Positions 1-12,154 of a stretch of 64,000 nucleotides of DNA are shown piece after piece (position 1 is the first letter of the stretch; the number at the start of each line of letters is the position of its first letter). A program made the translations under genes and the position numbers. The notes below the pieces were generated by a model. The model did no database searches, was not told the origin of the DNA, and saw nothing but the letters and a program-made list of their open reading frames with translations. The DNA comes from Cycas panzhihuaensis (taxonomy: Eukaryota; Plantae; Cycadophyta), in NCBI GenBank assembly GCA_023213395.1, contig CM041465.1, positions 86,683,741 to 86,747,740 on the forward strand, given 5' to 3'.

Positions 1-1420
1 GCATCCTCCTTCAGGAATTCGATCTCCATATCGTCAACAAGAAATTGAAGAAGGGGATGGTAGTGGCAGAACAGCTTGCAGATGCCCTTGTCCCTAACTC
101 GCTCGATGCTCCCGTTGACGACTCTCTTCCTGATGAGTCTATCTTGACTATTCAGGGCACTCCTTCCCATCCACTCAATGATAGTGAGTGGTATGATGAC
201 ATCGTGCGGTACCTTCCTCAGCCGCAGTACTGCCCAAAAGCTAGTAACAAGGTTAGGTCACGCATTCGGACCACCGCTAGGTAATACTTCCTTATGGATG
301 AAGTATTGTACAAGAGATCCTTTGCTAGAATCCTCCTCCGTTACGTCGCTCTAAACGAAGCAGACCAGATAGTCCGTGAATGCCACCATGGCATTTGTGG
401 GGGCCAATCCATGGCCCAGAGGATCCTTCGTATGGGCTATTATTGGTCATCCTTCTTTAAGGACGCCCAAGCCTACGCCTTGAGATGTCTGTGATGCCAA
501 GAGCACGCCAACATTACCCATGTACCCTCTGAGGCTCTTCATCCCATCATATCTCCATGGCCCTTCGTCCAATGGGGTTTAGACCTCATCAAGGTCATAT
601 CACCGCCCTCTTCATCGCAATAGGCGGTACTCCCATTGTCCAGATGGGCGGAAGCCATTCCCTTGATCACTACCCCTGGTAAGACGATAGCTACCTTCGT
701 CTACCAATATATTATTTGCCACTATGAGATTCCCGACATCTTGATTACAGACAATGGAACTCCTTTTTGTAACAAGGAGATTAACGAACTTTGTGAGAAA
801 TTTAAAATCTCTCACAAAACCTCTTCTCCTTATTACCCCTAGGCAAATGGTCAGGTTGAATTATTCAACAAAACTCTTATCAACATTCTAAAGAAAATCG
901 TTGCCCAATCTCAAAGAGATTGGCACCTCCAGCTCCCTTCCGCCTTATGGGCCTATTGTACCTCTATTTGTGCAACTACGGGAATAACTCTGTTCTCCCT
1001 AGTTTACAGAACTGAAGCGGTACTCCCATTGGAAGTAGAGATCCCCTCTCTATGAGTTTCTCTTTGAGGTCTTATCGATGAGGAATCTATTCGTCATGCT
1101 TGCCTCTTAGATCTTGAGGCTTTGGACGAGAGACGTTTGGCTGCTTACCAGGCAAACCTCACGTCCAAAGCTCGCTCACAAAGGACTTATGATAAGCACC
1201 TTCATTCTCATCCTTTGTATCCTAGGGACCAAGTCCTCAAACTGGAATATCTTCACGACCACTTGACCAAATTTGGACCCAAATGGGTTGGCCCCTTTGT
1301 TGTTCTCGAGAGTCTCGATAACAACGCCTCGATAACAACGCCTATAGGATCGCCACCCTGGAGGGCCTTGAATTTGAGAAAGTTATTAATAGGAAATTCC
1401 TTAAAGAATCATATGCATAA
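1..1420 (+). pseudogene. pol: Gypsy pol remnant (RNase H C-terminus + integrase)
   Basis: LLQEFDL..VAEQLA, LYKRSF, ECHHGICGG, RMGYYW, PWPFVQWGLDLI, WAEAIP, ITDNGTPF, SSPYYP, KFGPKWVGPF; multiple stops and frameshifts. Confidence 0.93.
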
Positions 1421-2148
1421 TCTCTTTACTGTCATTTCCACGCTCTGAAATGAGCCTAAACTACCATCCTAAGCACGTTCCTATTCCTCCTAGACATAAG
1501 CAGGATGGTAGCTTAGGGTGGCTTCCTTGTTCTTTTCGGGTTCCTCCCACAGAACCCCTTGTTCCCTTTCCTCTAGGGACCTTGTCCTCCTACTTGGGTA
1601 TATCCCCCAAGTAGGATGACACATTAGAGTGTCATTACTCCCTTGTCATTTACTCTTCCTTTGCATATTCCGCTATGCCCCCATATGGGCATGTGTGCCG
1701 CCCTATCTCCTAGCCTCATACGCCTCTATCGCCGCTGCTCATGGTGATTGTGTGTGCCCCTACTAGGAATATGGCCCTACATGAAAGGAAGTGTGTATAG
1801 CTCAAACAAATATCATAGCACAAAATCATACAATAATCAACTCAAAATATCATCAACCATGTCATCGTGCATCCGTGCACCCTTGTACACATACATATAC
1901 AAACATGGAAACAAATATACATCATCCATCGCATGTCATATACGCATTATCATGCATCAAATGGGTTATTAACCACCTCGTCTATATATATAAAATAATC
2001 ATCATGTGTCATATCATACAACTGGTATGGTACATCATCCATGGGAAGCCCGAATCCTTGCAGGGAGGAGTATAATCATGTGACTACATATGGTGACTGC
2101 TTGGAGGTCCACTGATTTCCCTTATCCAATCAGAACTCCTACTCTAAT

Positions 2149-2480
2149 CTACTGTTGCCCTGCCCCTAGGGCATCATCTCCTGGCCTATGTGATCCCTCT
2201 CTTGGGGACCACACGCCTCCTAGGCTCCTCCTGCGCCTCTGGGAGCTCTCTACCTCGCTCCCCTTATCCTGAGGCCTCCTAGGGGTCGTCACTACCATGT
2301 GTGTATAGGTCCTACTCCGCGATGACCTCGAGGCCACCTCGTCCACCAGCCGATCATATTGAGCCTAGATACAATCTGGATCTCCCTCTACTCCTCGGAG
2401 CCTCTCCTCCATCCCTCAGAAATGCTCCTCCATCACTGCCATCTAGATGCAGCTCTCGGCATCCCCTCCTACTCCTCCGA
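2149..2480 (-). pseudogene. C-terminal remnant of the antisense extra ORF (PMD gene) in element 1
   Basis: RRPQDKGSEVESSQRRRRSLGGVWSPREGS matches the end of the antisense eORF of element 3 (~44080-44200) and element 2 (~55860-56000). Confidence 0.7.
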
Positions 2481-2820
2481 AAGCCAGCCGCTAATGAGGT
2501 TAAACTATGGCGACCCCTAGGTTTGCTTGTTTACTCTTTCTCTTGTCATTATTACACCTTCTCTTTGCACTCTTATGATGGGGGCATCCCCCTCATCTGT
2601 CATAGCTTCCGGTCAATTCCTAGGTGGCACATAAGTAGCCCTTATATTGTCTCCACCCCTATTCTCGTATCCACGCATTCCGCTATGACACTCATCAGCA
2701 CCCTTGGCTCTTGAAATGATTATGATTTATATATATGCATGTGCTACTGACAGTTTTGTTGTCAGCATTCGCCATCGCATCGAGCTTTTGAGCGGTGAGG
2801 CTCCACTGCAAAGGGGGTAA

Positions 2821-5685
2821 TGTTTTCCGACTACTAGGAATGGGTATGGACAGGTCGACTCAGGTAAGCGCAAGTATGCTTCTTCCTTTTCATCTTATTA
2901 TTTCTTTGGAAAGGTTGATAGAAGCATGGCCTCATTGCATGATTGACTGCCACATTTGAGTGATCACCTTGCATCTATTGCTTGATCATGCTGCTTGTCA
3001 TATTTTCAGCCTATGACGACCCGTGGGACTTGCCTCTCCGCGAGGCAAACATCCCCATGGCACTCTACAATCCCTCGCGCCACCTCCACGTTACCTCAAG
3101 CCTCACCTAACTCATATGACCCACTCAAACCTTGATCTTGCATCCTCTCATGGCATGTCTAGGAATCCTAACTCCTGATGTCCCATTTGGTCTAGCCTAC
3201 ATGTCACCTGGACTGTCCCTAGCCACTTGGATAGGAGGGCCAGCCCCTCCTAAACCTAGCACATCTCCATTTAGGGCTCCCAGAACCCTCTCCATTGCTA
3301 TTTTAGCATTCTAGTCTCACACCACTGTAAACTAAGCAGTACCGTAAAATTTACTATGGTACTGCGAAGTTTACCGCAGTGCGATTGTTGCTCACTATGT
3401 TTTTTATCCACCGTGATAATTCTCGCTCTTTTTGCGGAGCTGCCACGTGGATAAGTTACCAAGTTAGCCATATTCAAACCCTAATCGCTCAATTAGGGTT
3501 AGGATGGGTATATATCCCCAAAAAGACCTCATTTTACCTCTCTTAGCTCTCCAACAACACTTCCTATTGCTACAATTCTGCTCTCTCATTCCTCTCTTTT
3601 CACAGGTATGCCTGTAACGCTGGAGTTCTGTCATTCCAGCCAGGAATACGCCTTAAGCAGCTCTGATATGTGGCAAAGGACTCTCCACCAAGCATTTCCA
3701 AGTGAGATCTTCGCGTTTATCCTTCAGTTTTCACTTAGCAAGTGTCTCCTACAACTCCACCTTGTGAGGTACCCTGCAAACCTTACAGGACCTGCCCTCT
3801 TCCATAGTTTGCAGGGGTAGATCAGCCCCTAACACAGCCCAACAAGTACCTCTTGCCTTGGTTTTATGTTTTAGCACATATTTACTCCATTAGAGCTTGT
3901 TTAAAAGTATATTATCTTCCCTTTTTTGTGTTTTTGTTGTAAAAGGGATTGCTCTTTCTTGTCTTTGGCTTCAATACCTCAAGCTTTCTCCCATTCTCTG
4001 CTGGTTTCTCTCAAGAAAGTTGCGGGAGAGGGTCCATAAGGACTGGGTGAAGGGAGTTAAGGCAAGATCCATCCCTTTTAAACCTACTCCCCAAGGGCAA
4101 ACCCCTTCCCATCCTTCCTCTCTTGCACCCGTGCTTTCCTTGAGCAAACTAGGAGTTAGTGAGACCCAAGCCTGCGCTGGATATTAGTGTACATAGCCCT
4201 TACTGCGCTGGTTCCAAGCATGCATGCTCTCCCCTTTGGGCCCTCTTTAAGCCCCTAACATTGTCCAATATCCATTCGGACTCTTGGCAAGGCCGGTGTG
4301 GCGATTCGTTGCCTATAGCGACTCCGCTACTTAGGCATCTCTTCCACATCCTACAACATTCATTCTCGTGCTTGTTTGCTACTCATAGGCTATCACATAA
4401 CCACCATACTTTTACATTCTGAGGTTGCATGGAGGTCCACTTGCGGGGAGTTTTGCCATCCTAAGGCTAGCCTTCCTTTCTTGCTTGGTATACATTGTTT
4501 TCCTAAAGGAGAGCGGAGTTGATTTGAGCAGTAGTTTCACTAACTTAAGGTATAAAATTTTAGTATTTATTTTGTATCATTGCCTATATAGTATCTTGCG
4601 TCTTGGCAACCCCTTCTTGGAAGGGAAAACCTTTTGTGATTGCAGGTCTGCGGTAGCGTTTGTGAAGGGAAAGAATGCACTAATCCAGGTAAGTCCTCAT
4701 CCTTCTTTTCTCTTCTGTTTTTCCACTTTCTTGTATGGCTTTTGGCTCTCTTTGCTTTCCCGCTTTGTTTTGTCCTTTACACAGGGAAGGTAAGGATGCC
4801 CCCACTTCCCTTTCGCTCCAACTACGATTACATATCAACTAAGGACAGGAGGGCATACGTGGCATACGAGTGAGATTTCCCATCAATCGCTTCGCTTTCC
4901 GGGTATGCATCATCTCCCTTCCTCTACCTCCTTCTTTTTGTGCTTTTATTAAGCATCTATTGTATTTGTATAATAAGTCACATAAAGACAAAAATGGTAA
5001 CAAATCAATTTATTTGCATTCACTTTGCATATGTGTGCCATACAGTTGCTTTATAGAGAATGGACATAATAGGGATTGCACCTCCCTCTTTTTCTTACCT
5101 AAACTAAAAACATCCCTTAATTGCACTTCACTTTAGTATGCATGCTTGAGTGCGCACAAAATGCTTGCTTTCCTTTCTTTTCTTTGTCTTTTGTTATTAA
5201 AAGGAAAAGAGAGAGGGGAAGTGTAGCTCTGAGTCCTCCTTAGCTTACATAGTGGTAAGGATCCCCCTTTTGCTATTACCTTCTCTATTTAGATTCACCT
5301 TAAGCTAATTAGCCTAAGGAGGGCCTACCTGCACTTGTCTTATACTCTTTGCCTATTGCATCTTGTCTTACATCCCTTTGCTATAGGAAGCCCTCCTTTG
5401 TAGGTCTCTCCTCCTCCCTTCCGGCCATCCAAGGGTAGGAGGACCTTACCCTTTGGAACTGTCTGAGATACCCTGTGTGTATCTCGCTTCTCGGAACCAA
5501 AAGCGACAGCTACTCCGAGGAAGTTAGGCACCATTCGTGGGTCTCGAACTCGCGCTCTAGCACACGGACACCTTGTGTGGTGTTTTCTTCTGCTTATACG
5601 ATTCCATCCATACCCCAGCATTGGCTGTTGACCACCTACCTCAACCCCTATTAAGTGTAGTGACCATCCCATAGACGCGATTCCA
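2821..5685 (+). repeat. 3' LTR of element 1 (~2.87 kb)
   Basis: Starts with TG just after AAGGGGGTAA, ends GACGCGATTCCA; colinear with 9289-12052. Confidence 0.93.
3329..3515 (+). promoter_or_regulatory. Putative LTR promoter module: GGTACC-core repeat array, G-box, telo-box inverted repeat, TATA
   Basis: Cores at 3338/3358/3378, GCCACGTGG 3442-3450, AAACCCTAATCGCTCAATTAGGGTT 3476-3500, TATATAT 3509-3515; array, G-box-like and telo-box motifs occur in the same order in the other Tat LTRs. Confidence 0.55.
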
Positions 5686-8091
5686 GACTTCTTGTCTGTC
5701 GGGATGTACTCCCAGTACCTGCCAAAGGACTCGTATGTATACATGGCCCTGACCCTGGGCTTCTTCTTAGGGCACTTGTCTAGAAAGTGCCATGTTTTGC
5801 CACACAAATAGCATGTTTCTTTATTGTTTTTCCTCATTGAAAATTTTCTCCTGCTGAAATAGTATTTCTGTGGCCGCCTCCATTTGTCATAGGATCGTCT
5901 TAGCCACTTATGCTTTTTATGATTTTTCTCTTTTTCTTCTTTTCCATATTTTTTTGTATAGGAAAAGCACTAACAATCCTTCATACTTATCTTATCCTTT
6001 ATAGTGGATTTTATTATTTTCTTATCTCTGCAGTAATCAATGACGTATATCCTTATTGCTCCTATGATTTCTCCTAGGAACATGTTTTGTATAGGCATGT
6101 TCCTATGAGACAACAATAGATGTATTTTGTTAGGAAGGGAATACGACATCTTGGAGATAAGGCTCATTTTTACTGTAGTATCCCTGAAGCTAGTAGACCT
6201 ATAGGCCAGCTTTTCATAATCTGCTAAGAACTCATTAAGGCCTAATAGATTCTCTAATTGCATCCCCATCAATAACCTTATGTCGCTTAGGTCTAACACT
6301 TCTCACATGAGTCTGAAGGCTGCTGCAATGGTCTTGCCTACGTTATTGATGTCTATGGCTTGTGTTTTTTATATGGGTTTTTTGCCTACTCGAGGTAGCT
6401 CGTTCATTAGGGAGTCTACATTTAGTATACTAGTCGAAGCACCTCTTGACCCATCCTTAATTTCCCTGTCAATTCTTTCTGGTAGTGCATCCCACCAATA
6501 CATGAGGTTGCCTTTAAATTGTGTTGTGGCTGTTGAGACAATCTCTATGTCGGATAGGGTCAAACTAATTTGTACAGTTTTGCATAAGTAGAGCCACTCT
6601 CCTAATCGTGTTGATCTATCAGAATTGTTGAAGCCATCAAAACTGAGTGCTAGATTCAACTCATTATTTAGTTGGGATTTTTTCCTTCTCATGTAATCCC
6701 TAGTCCACCAGTTTCCATCCTATACTTGCTAGGATCAGGCAGTTCCCTTGGAAGATGGAACTTTGGGATGTCTATCTTGATAACAAAATTCTTCTTTTTA
6801 GTTTCTCTTACCTGGTCTAAAATTTGTTTCAGGGAGTTATACTTCTCCCTCTACGAGAAGGATGATTGACTAATTTCCTAGATGGTCTGGAGTATCATGT
6901 CGGTCTGTATGGTCAAATTCTCTAGGCCTTCTTGGATGGCTTGCATTTTTGTCTCAATGTTGTCGATTCTTTCTTGGGCAGAGCTCATCCATTTAGAATG
7001 ATAGTGCCATGTTTCTGCTCATGGATGACAGATCCACCTCCTTTAACCTTGATGATCGACTGATATTGTGCTATCAAGTCATTATCCTCTTTTTCAGTAA
7101 TGTTTTGGTATTTAGGCCATGAGGGTGTTTGTGAGCAGATTTTGGCAACCGAGATGGCTATGCCTTCTGGGACTTGTATATATACATGGGTAGAGGATTG
7201 CCCCTTGGTTTCCTCTCTATTTTCATCTTGTTCTTTTTCTTTATAAAAAATCATATGTATAGCAGCCGACTTGAGATTTGTTGGCCTAGGTGCTAGTGAC
7301 AGATGATTCTTAAAAGACTTCTTATCTTTTAGATGGAAATGGTCAATGTCTTTCTTTTCTAAGTATTCCTTAATTGCAGGAATATTAGAGGCCATAAACC
7401 CTTTAGTATTTACTGTCTTTCCAAAATCAATCAAGTTCTGCCCTATTACTGGTAGTTGGATCCCATATAGAAGATCCACGTTATCTAACAAAGTATTGTG
7501 TAGCCTAAAAATGGCCCTTCCTCCTATGGATAGGTATGAGATGTCTGGTAGTAGGTTGACCCCTTTTATCTCCACATACATCATTATCCTTTATGGAGTA
7601 ATTAGGTCTGAAAGCTTGATTGAGTAGTTAAGTTTGACAGAGCAGTAAGTGGGTTCATTCGGCTTGCCCTTAAATTGGCATCTGCATGCTTCCTTCCACG
7701 TAGGGTGTCCTATGTCGATTATAGACAGCAAGTATTCCGCTTCAAGTTCATAAGCGAAGAGCGGATTTATGATAAAATCCATTAAAGACAAATGGATGTA
7801 CTTGTAGCCTTCATGTATTTATTTCTCACATTCTTTCTTAGAGAAAAATAGAAGGAAGACAGGGGCTATGCCTATTCCCATAGTGGTTATGTCAACCTCA
7901 ACCTATTTAACGCAATCTGTGAGTAATACTTTGGTCTTGGTCTCATTATACAGATCTTGTATAAGGAGCTTATCGAAGGCTAGTTTTCCTGTAGCCCTAT
8001 CTATCACAGCTTGTTTTTCTTTGGTTATACTTAAGAGATTTCTCATACCGGCTTTTGTTACAGAGGTTGAGTGTCGAGCTTGGAAAGCCAT
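5686..8091 (-). pseudogene. Unit A polyprotein 5' half (movement protein, capsid, zinc knuckle), cut by element 1
   Basis: ORFs 7903-8133, 7591-7791, 6985-7584, 6369-6692, 5970-6299 and CYLCGKTWHFLDKC at ~5780-5815. Confidence 0.9.
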
Positions 8092-9288
8092 TATAAAGGG
8101 GACACAATCAACCTGAATGATCCTAATACACACCAGCGTTCCACTAAACCCTAGCTACTAGTAGTCTAGCCTAAGCCACCAATGTCTTTTATATCTGACT
8201 GAAAGGCCAGGCACTTACACTTCAACAAATATCTTATGTAGTACGTAGCCAGAACTGAGAAGAATAACATGACAATACAAGAACACATTCTAATGTCTAT
8301 ATGCAAGCTAAATAATAACTGAAATATTCGGGCTGGTAGGATTCGATACAATTTTTTATTGCTAAGATCCTATGATAGGCAAGGCAAGAGCATACTTTCA
8401 TATCGAATACTCCGGCAGTATGATAATAAGATAGAAAATAGAAGAAAGCTTCAAGAGATGCAAATATTTTAGAAATCACACCTTGTATTATACTTCAAAA
8501 GATATTACAAAAGTTCTAGGCCTCCTTCTCTCCCTTTGCTCTTCCTTCCTTCCTCTTACTCTTCATCTCCTTACCTCCCTTAGTGTGTTTACAAATGAGG
8601 GGAGGCTCCTTCTTTATAAGAAGATTTTCGTATTATTTTATTAGGGGAAACTTCCCGAAGAAGTCGGTGGAGACATAAAATATTAATTAAGGGAGAATAT
8701 CTAGAAGCATCTACCCTTCGAGGTGAGTGAATGTCTTTTCCATCAGTATGTCAGTCCTTAAGGGTTGAGCTTATAATATTTTATATTTTTACGCGTGAGA
8801 GATATCCCCTCTCACTAGGACACGTCAAAATGTAAAGGATATCCCCCTTTACTAAGATGGTGTGTAGGACATCCCCCTCCACATAAGATCTACTCGTCTG
8901 ATTCACTATCTACCTCTTCAAGCTTCTATTCAAAAGTTGGGTCCCACCATTGTATCTCATCTTCAACCCATAAGCATCAATAAAAGTGGTTCCCATCTGG
9001 TATGTTGTCAGTTTTAAATTTAAATATTTCCCTCATTGCGCTCAGACTAGCTTTTCTGGTACTATAGTAGACATTCAGGGGCTCATCTTCTATGTGATGG
9101 ATGCCTAGAATTATTTTGCAAAAAATGATTCTTCTATTGTATAGATGTACAGAGTGGATTTTTTAAGGCGGATTGCTTTTATAATATGAGCCTACGAATA
9201 AATGTATTAGTAAGTACCACCATCCTGATCCACATCTCGAATATGTAAAAGTGAACCTAATATTTTTGACAATTTTGGTGTTAATAAG

Positions 9289-12052
9289 TGTTTCTGGGCT
9301 ATCGGGAATGGATATAGACAGATCGACTCAAGTAAGCGCAGGTATGCTTCTTCCTTCTCACCTTTATTGTTTCTTTGGAAAGGTAGATATAAGCATTACC
9401 TCATTGCATGATTAACTGCTTCATTTGAGTGATCACCTTGCATATATTGCTTGATCATACTGCTTGTCATATTTTCAGCCTATGACGACCTGCGGGACCT
9501 ACCTTTCTACAAAGTAGGCATCCCCATGGTGCTCTACAACCCTCTGTGCCACCTCTATGTCACCTTAAGCCTCACTCAACTTGTGTGCCCTGCTTACACT
9601 GACATTCTTTCATAGTATTTTTGGGAATCCTAGCTCTTGATGTCTTATTTGGTTTAGCCCACATGTCACCTGGACTGTCCCTAGCCACTTAGACAGGAGG
9701 GTCGGCCCCTCCTAGGCCTATCACATCTCCATGTAGGGCTCCTATAACCTTGGCCATTACTATTTTAACATTCTAGTCTCGCACCGCTGTCAACTAAGCG
9801 GTACAACGATGTTTACTACGGTACCGCGATATTTACTGCAGTGCGACTGTTTCACTTTGTTTTTTTATCTGCCGTGGCAATTCTCACTTTTTTCATAGAA
9901 TTGCCACGTGGATAAGTAACCAACTCAGCCCTACCCAAACCCTAATCACTCGATTAGAGTTATGATGGGTATATATCCTGAAAAGTATCTCATTTCACAT
10001 CTCTTGGCTCTTAAACAACATGTTTAATTGATGTAATTCTGCTCTTCCTCCTCTTTTTCATAAGTATGCATGCAACACTATGCTTTATGCTAGCCCATGA
10101 TTTGCCTGCAGCAACTCTGTCACGTGGTAGGAAACTCTCCTCTAAGAATTTCCAAGCAAGATCTCCACATTTCTCCTTTAATTTCAACCAATAAGTGTTT
10201 TCTACAGCTCTACTTTGGGAAATACCCTGCAAACCTTGTAGGACCTGCCCTCTTCCCTTGTTTACAGGGGTAGGTCTGCCCTTAACTCAGCCCAACAGGT
10301 ACCCCTTACTTCGTTTTTATGTTTTAGCACATATTTACTCCATTAGAGCTTGTTCAAAAGTATATTTTCTTCCACTTTTTTTTGTCTTTTTGTTGTAAAA
10401 GGGATGCTCTTTCTTGTGTTTGGCTTCAAATACCTCAATCTACTTCCCATTCTCTGCTGATTTTTCTCAAGAAAGCTATGGGAGAGGGTTCATAAGGACT
10501 GGGTGAAGGTAGTAAGGTGGGATCCGTCCCATTTAGACCTACTCCCCAAGGGCAAAACCCTTCCCATCCTTCCTTTCTTGTGCCCGTGCTTTCCTTGAGC
10601 TAACTAGGAGTGGGTGGAATCCAAGCCTGCGTTGGATATCAGTGTATACAGCCCTTCCAGGCCTACACGCTCTCCTTTTGGGCCCTCTTTATGCCCCTAA
10701 CGTTGTCCAGCACCCATTTGGACCTTTGGCAAAGCCTGCATGGCGATTCACTGCCCATAGCTACTCTGCCACTTAGGCATCTCTCCTACGTCCCACAACA
10801 TTCACTCTCATGCTTGTTCGCTGCTCATAGGCTATCACATAACCTTCATCCTTTTGCATTCTGAGACTGCATGGAGATCTATTTATGGAGGGTTTTGCCA
10901 TCTTAAGGCTAGCCTTCCATTTTGCTTAGTATCATTGTCTTTCTTTTGAGGAGAGCATAATTGCTTTTAGTAGTAGTTCCACTAATTTGAAATATAAAAC
11001 TTTAACATTTATATTATATCTTTGCCTATATAGTATCTTGCATCTTGGTAGCCCCTTCTTGGAAGGGAAAACCCTTTGTGGTTACAGGTTTTCTGCAGCG
11101 TTTGTGAAGGGAGAGAATGTACGACTCCGAGCATGTTAGCTCTCTTTGCTTTCCTGCTTCACTTTGTTCTTTGTACGGGGAAGGTAAGGAAGCCTATATT
11201 TCATTTTCGCTCCAACTTTGGTTATACACCAACTAAAGACAAGAGGGTATACGTTGCATGCAAGAGTGTTTTCCGGTCAACTGCTCCACTTCCCGGGTAT
11301 ACATCATCTCTCTCTTTCCATTTCTTTGTCTTTTGTGCTCTTATCAAGCATCTATTGTATTTGTATAATAGGTCACATAAAGGTAAAAAGGGTAATAAAC
11401 CAACTACTTACATTTTCCTTGTATATGTATGTTTCATGCTTGTTTTTATAGAAAAGGGGTATAGTAGGAACTACACTCCTTCCCCCCCTTTTTCCTACCT
11501 AGTCTGAAAGCACCCTTAGCTGTATTTCGCTTAGCTTGCATGCTTGAATGCACATGAAACACTTGTTTCCCTTTTTTCCTCTTTGTCTTTTGTCATTGAA
11601 AAGAAAAGAGAGAGAGGGAGAGTAGCTCTTAGTCACCCTTTTTTCCATTCCTTTCCTTGGTTAGATTTGCCTTAGGCTAATTAGCCTAAGGGAAGCATGT
11701 CCACACTTGTCTTAGGCCCTTTGCTATTGTACCATAACTCACATTCCTTCGCCATAGGAACCCCTCCTTTGAGGGTCTCTCCTCCTCCCTCTGGCCATCC
11801 AAGGGTGGGAGGAGCTTACCCTTTGGGATTATCTGAGATACCCTTGTGTGTATCTCTCATCTCAAAACCAAAAGCAAAAGTTATTCCGAGGAAGTTAGGC
11901 ACCATTCGCAGGTCTTGAACTCACGCTCTGGTGCATGGACGTCTTGTGTGATGTTCCCTTCTGCTTATAGGACCCCATCCATACCCTAGCATTGGCTATT
12001 GACCATCTCAATTCCTACTAAGCATAGTGACCATTCTACAGACGCGATTCCA
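9289..12052 (+). mobile_element. Solo LTR of the element-1 family inserted in ORF2 of unit B
   Basis: TGTTTC...ATTCCA, flanked by ATAAG (9284-9288) and ACAAG (12053-12057); the empty site TTAATAAGCATCAAAA is seen in unit C at ~18087. Confidence 0.93.
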
Positions 12053-12154
12053 ACAAGTATCAAAAATTTCTTGAAGTCTCTAAAAGTGATATTGGGTGCT
12101 GTGACTTTAATATATTCATATTCAGGATCATAGATCTACATGAATGGATCTGCA

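Larger units (their letters stand above)
1..5685 (+). mobile_element. Tat-clade Ty3/Gypsy LTR retrotransposon, element 1 (3' part: RH end, integrase, internally deleted 3' region, PPT, 3' LTR), inserted in pararetrovirus unit A
   Basis: Integrase motifs at 1-1420, PPT at 2810-2817, LTR TGTTTT...ATTCCA at 2821-5685, then an abrupt switch to viral CP sequence (GACTTCTTGTCTG, cf. uninterrupted GAGACTTCTTCATCTG at ~14500). Confidence 0.92.

Noticed and set aside
1314-1345. 14-bp tandem duplication CTCGATAACAACGC in the integrase tail
   Set aside because: Local slippage in a dead copy; absent from elements 2 and 3.
3476-3500. Interstitial telomere (AAACCCTA/TAGGGTTT; also beside the viral PBS)
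   Set aside because: Single motifs, not tandem TTTAGGG arrays; treated as telo-boxes or chance matches.
4425-5136. Hydrophobic ORFs resembling membrane or env-like proteins (also 11076-11507, 61681-61953)
   Set aside because: They lie within T-rich LTR sequence and their frames are not conserved between the two copies of the same LTR.
5340-5837. 165-aa zinc-knuckle fusion ORF
   Set aside because: Chance read-through from viral CP into the antisense strand of the LTR across the insertion junction at 5685/5686.
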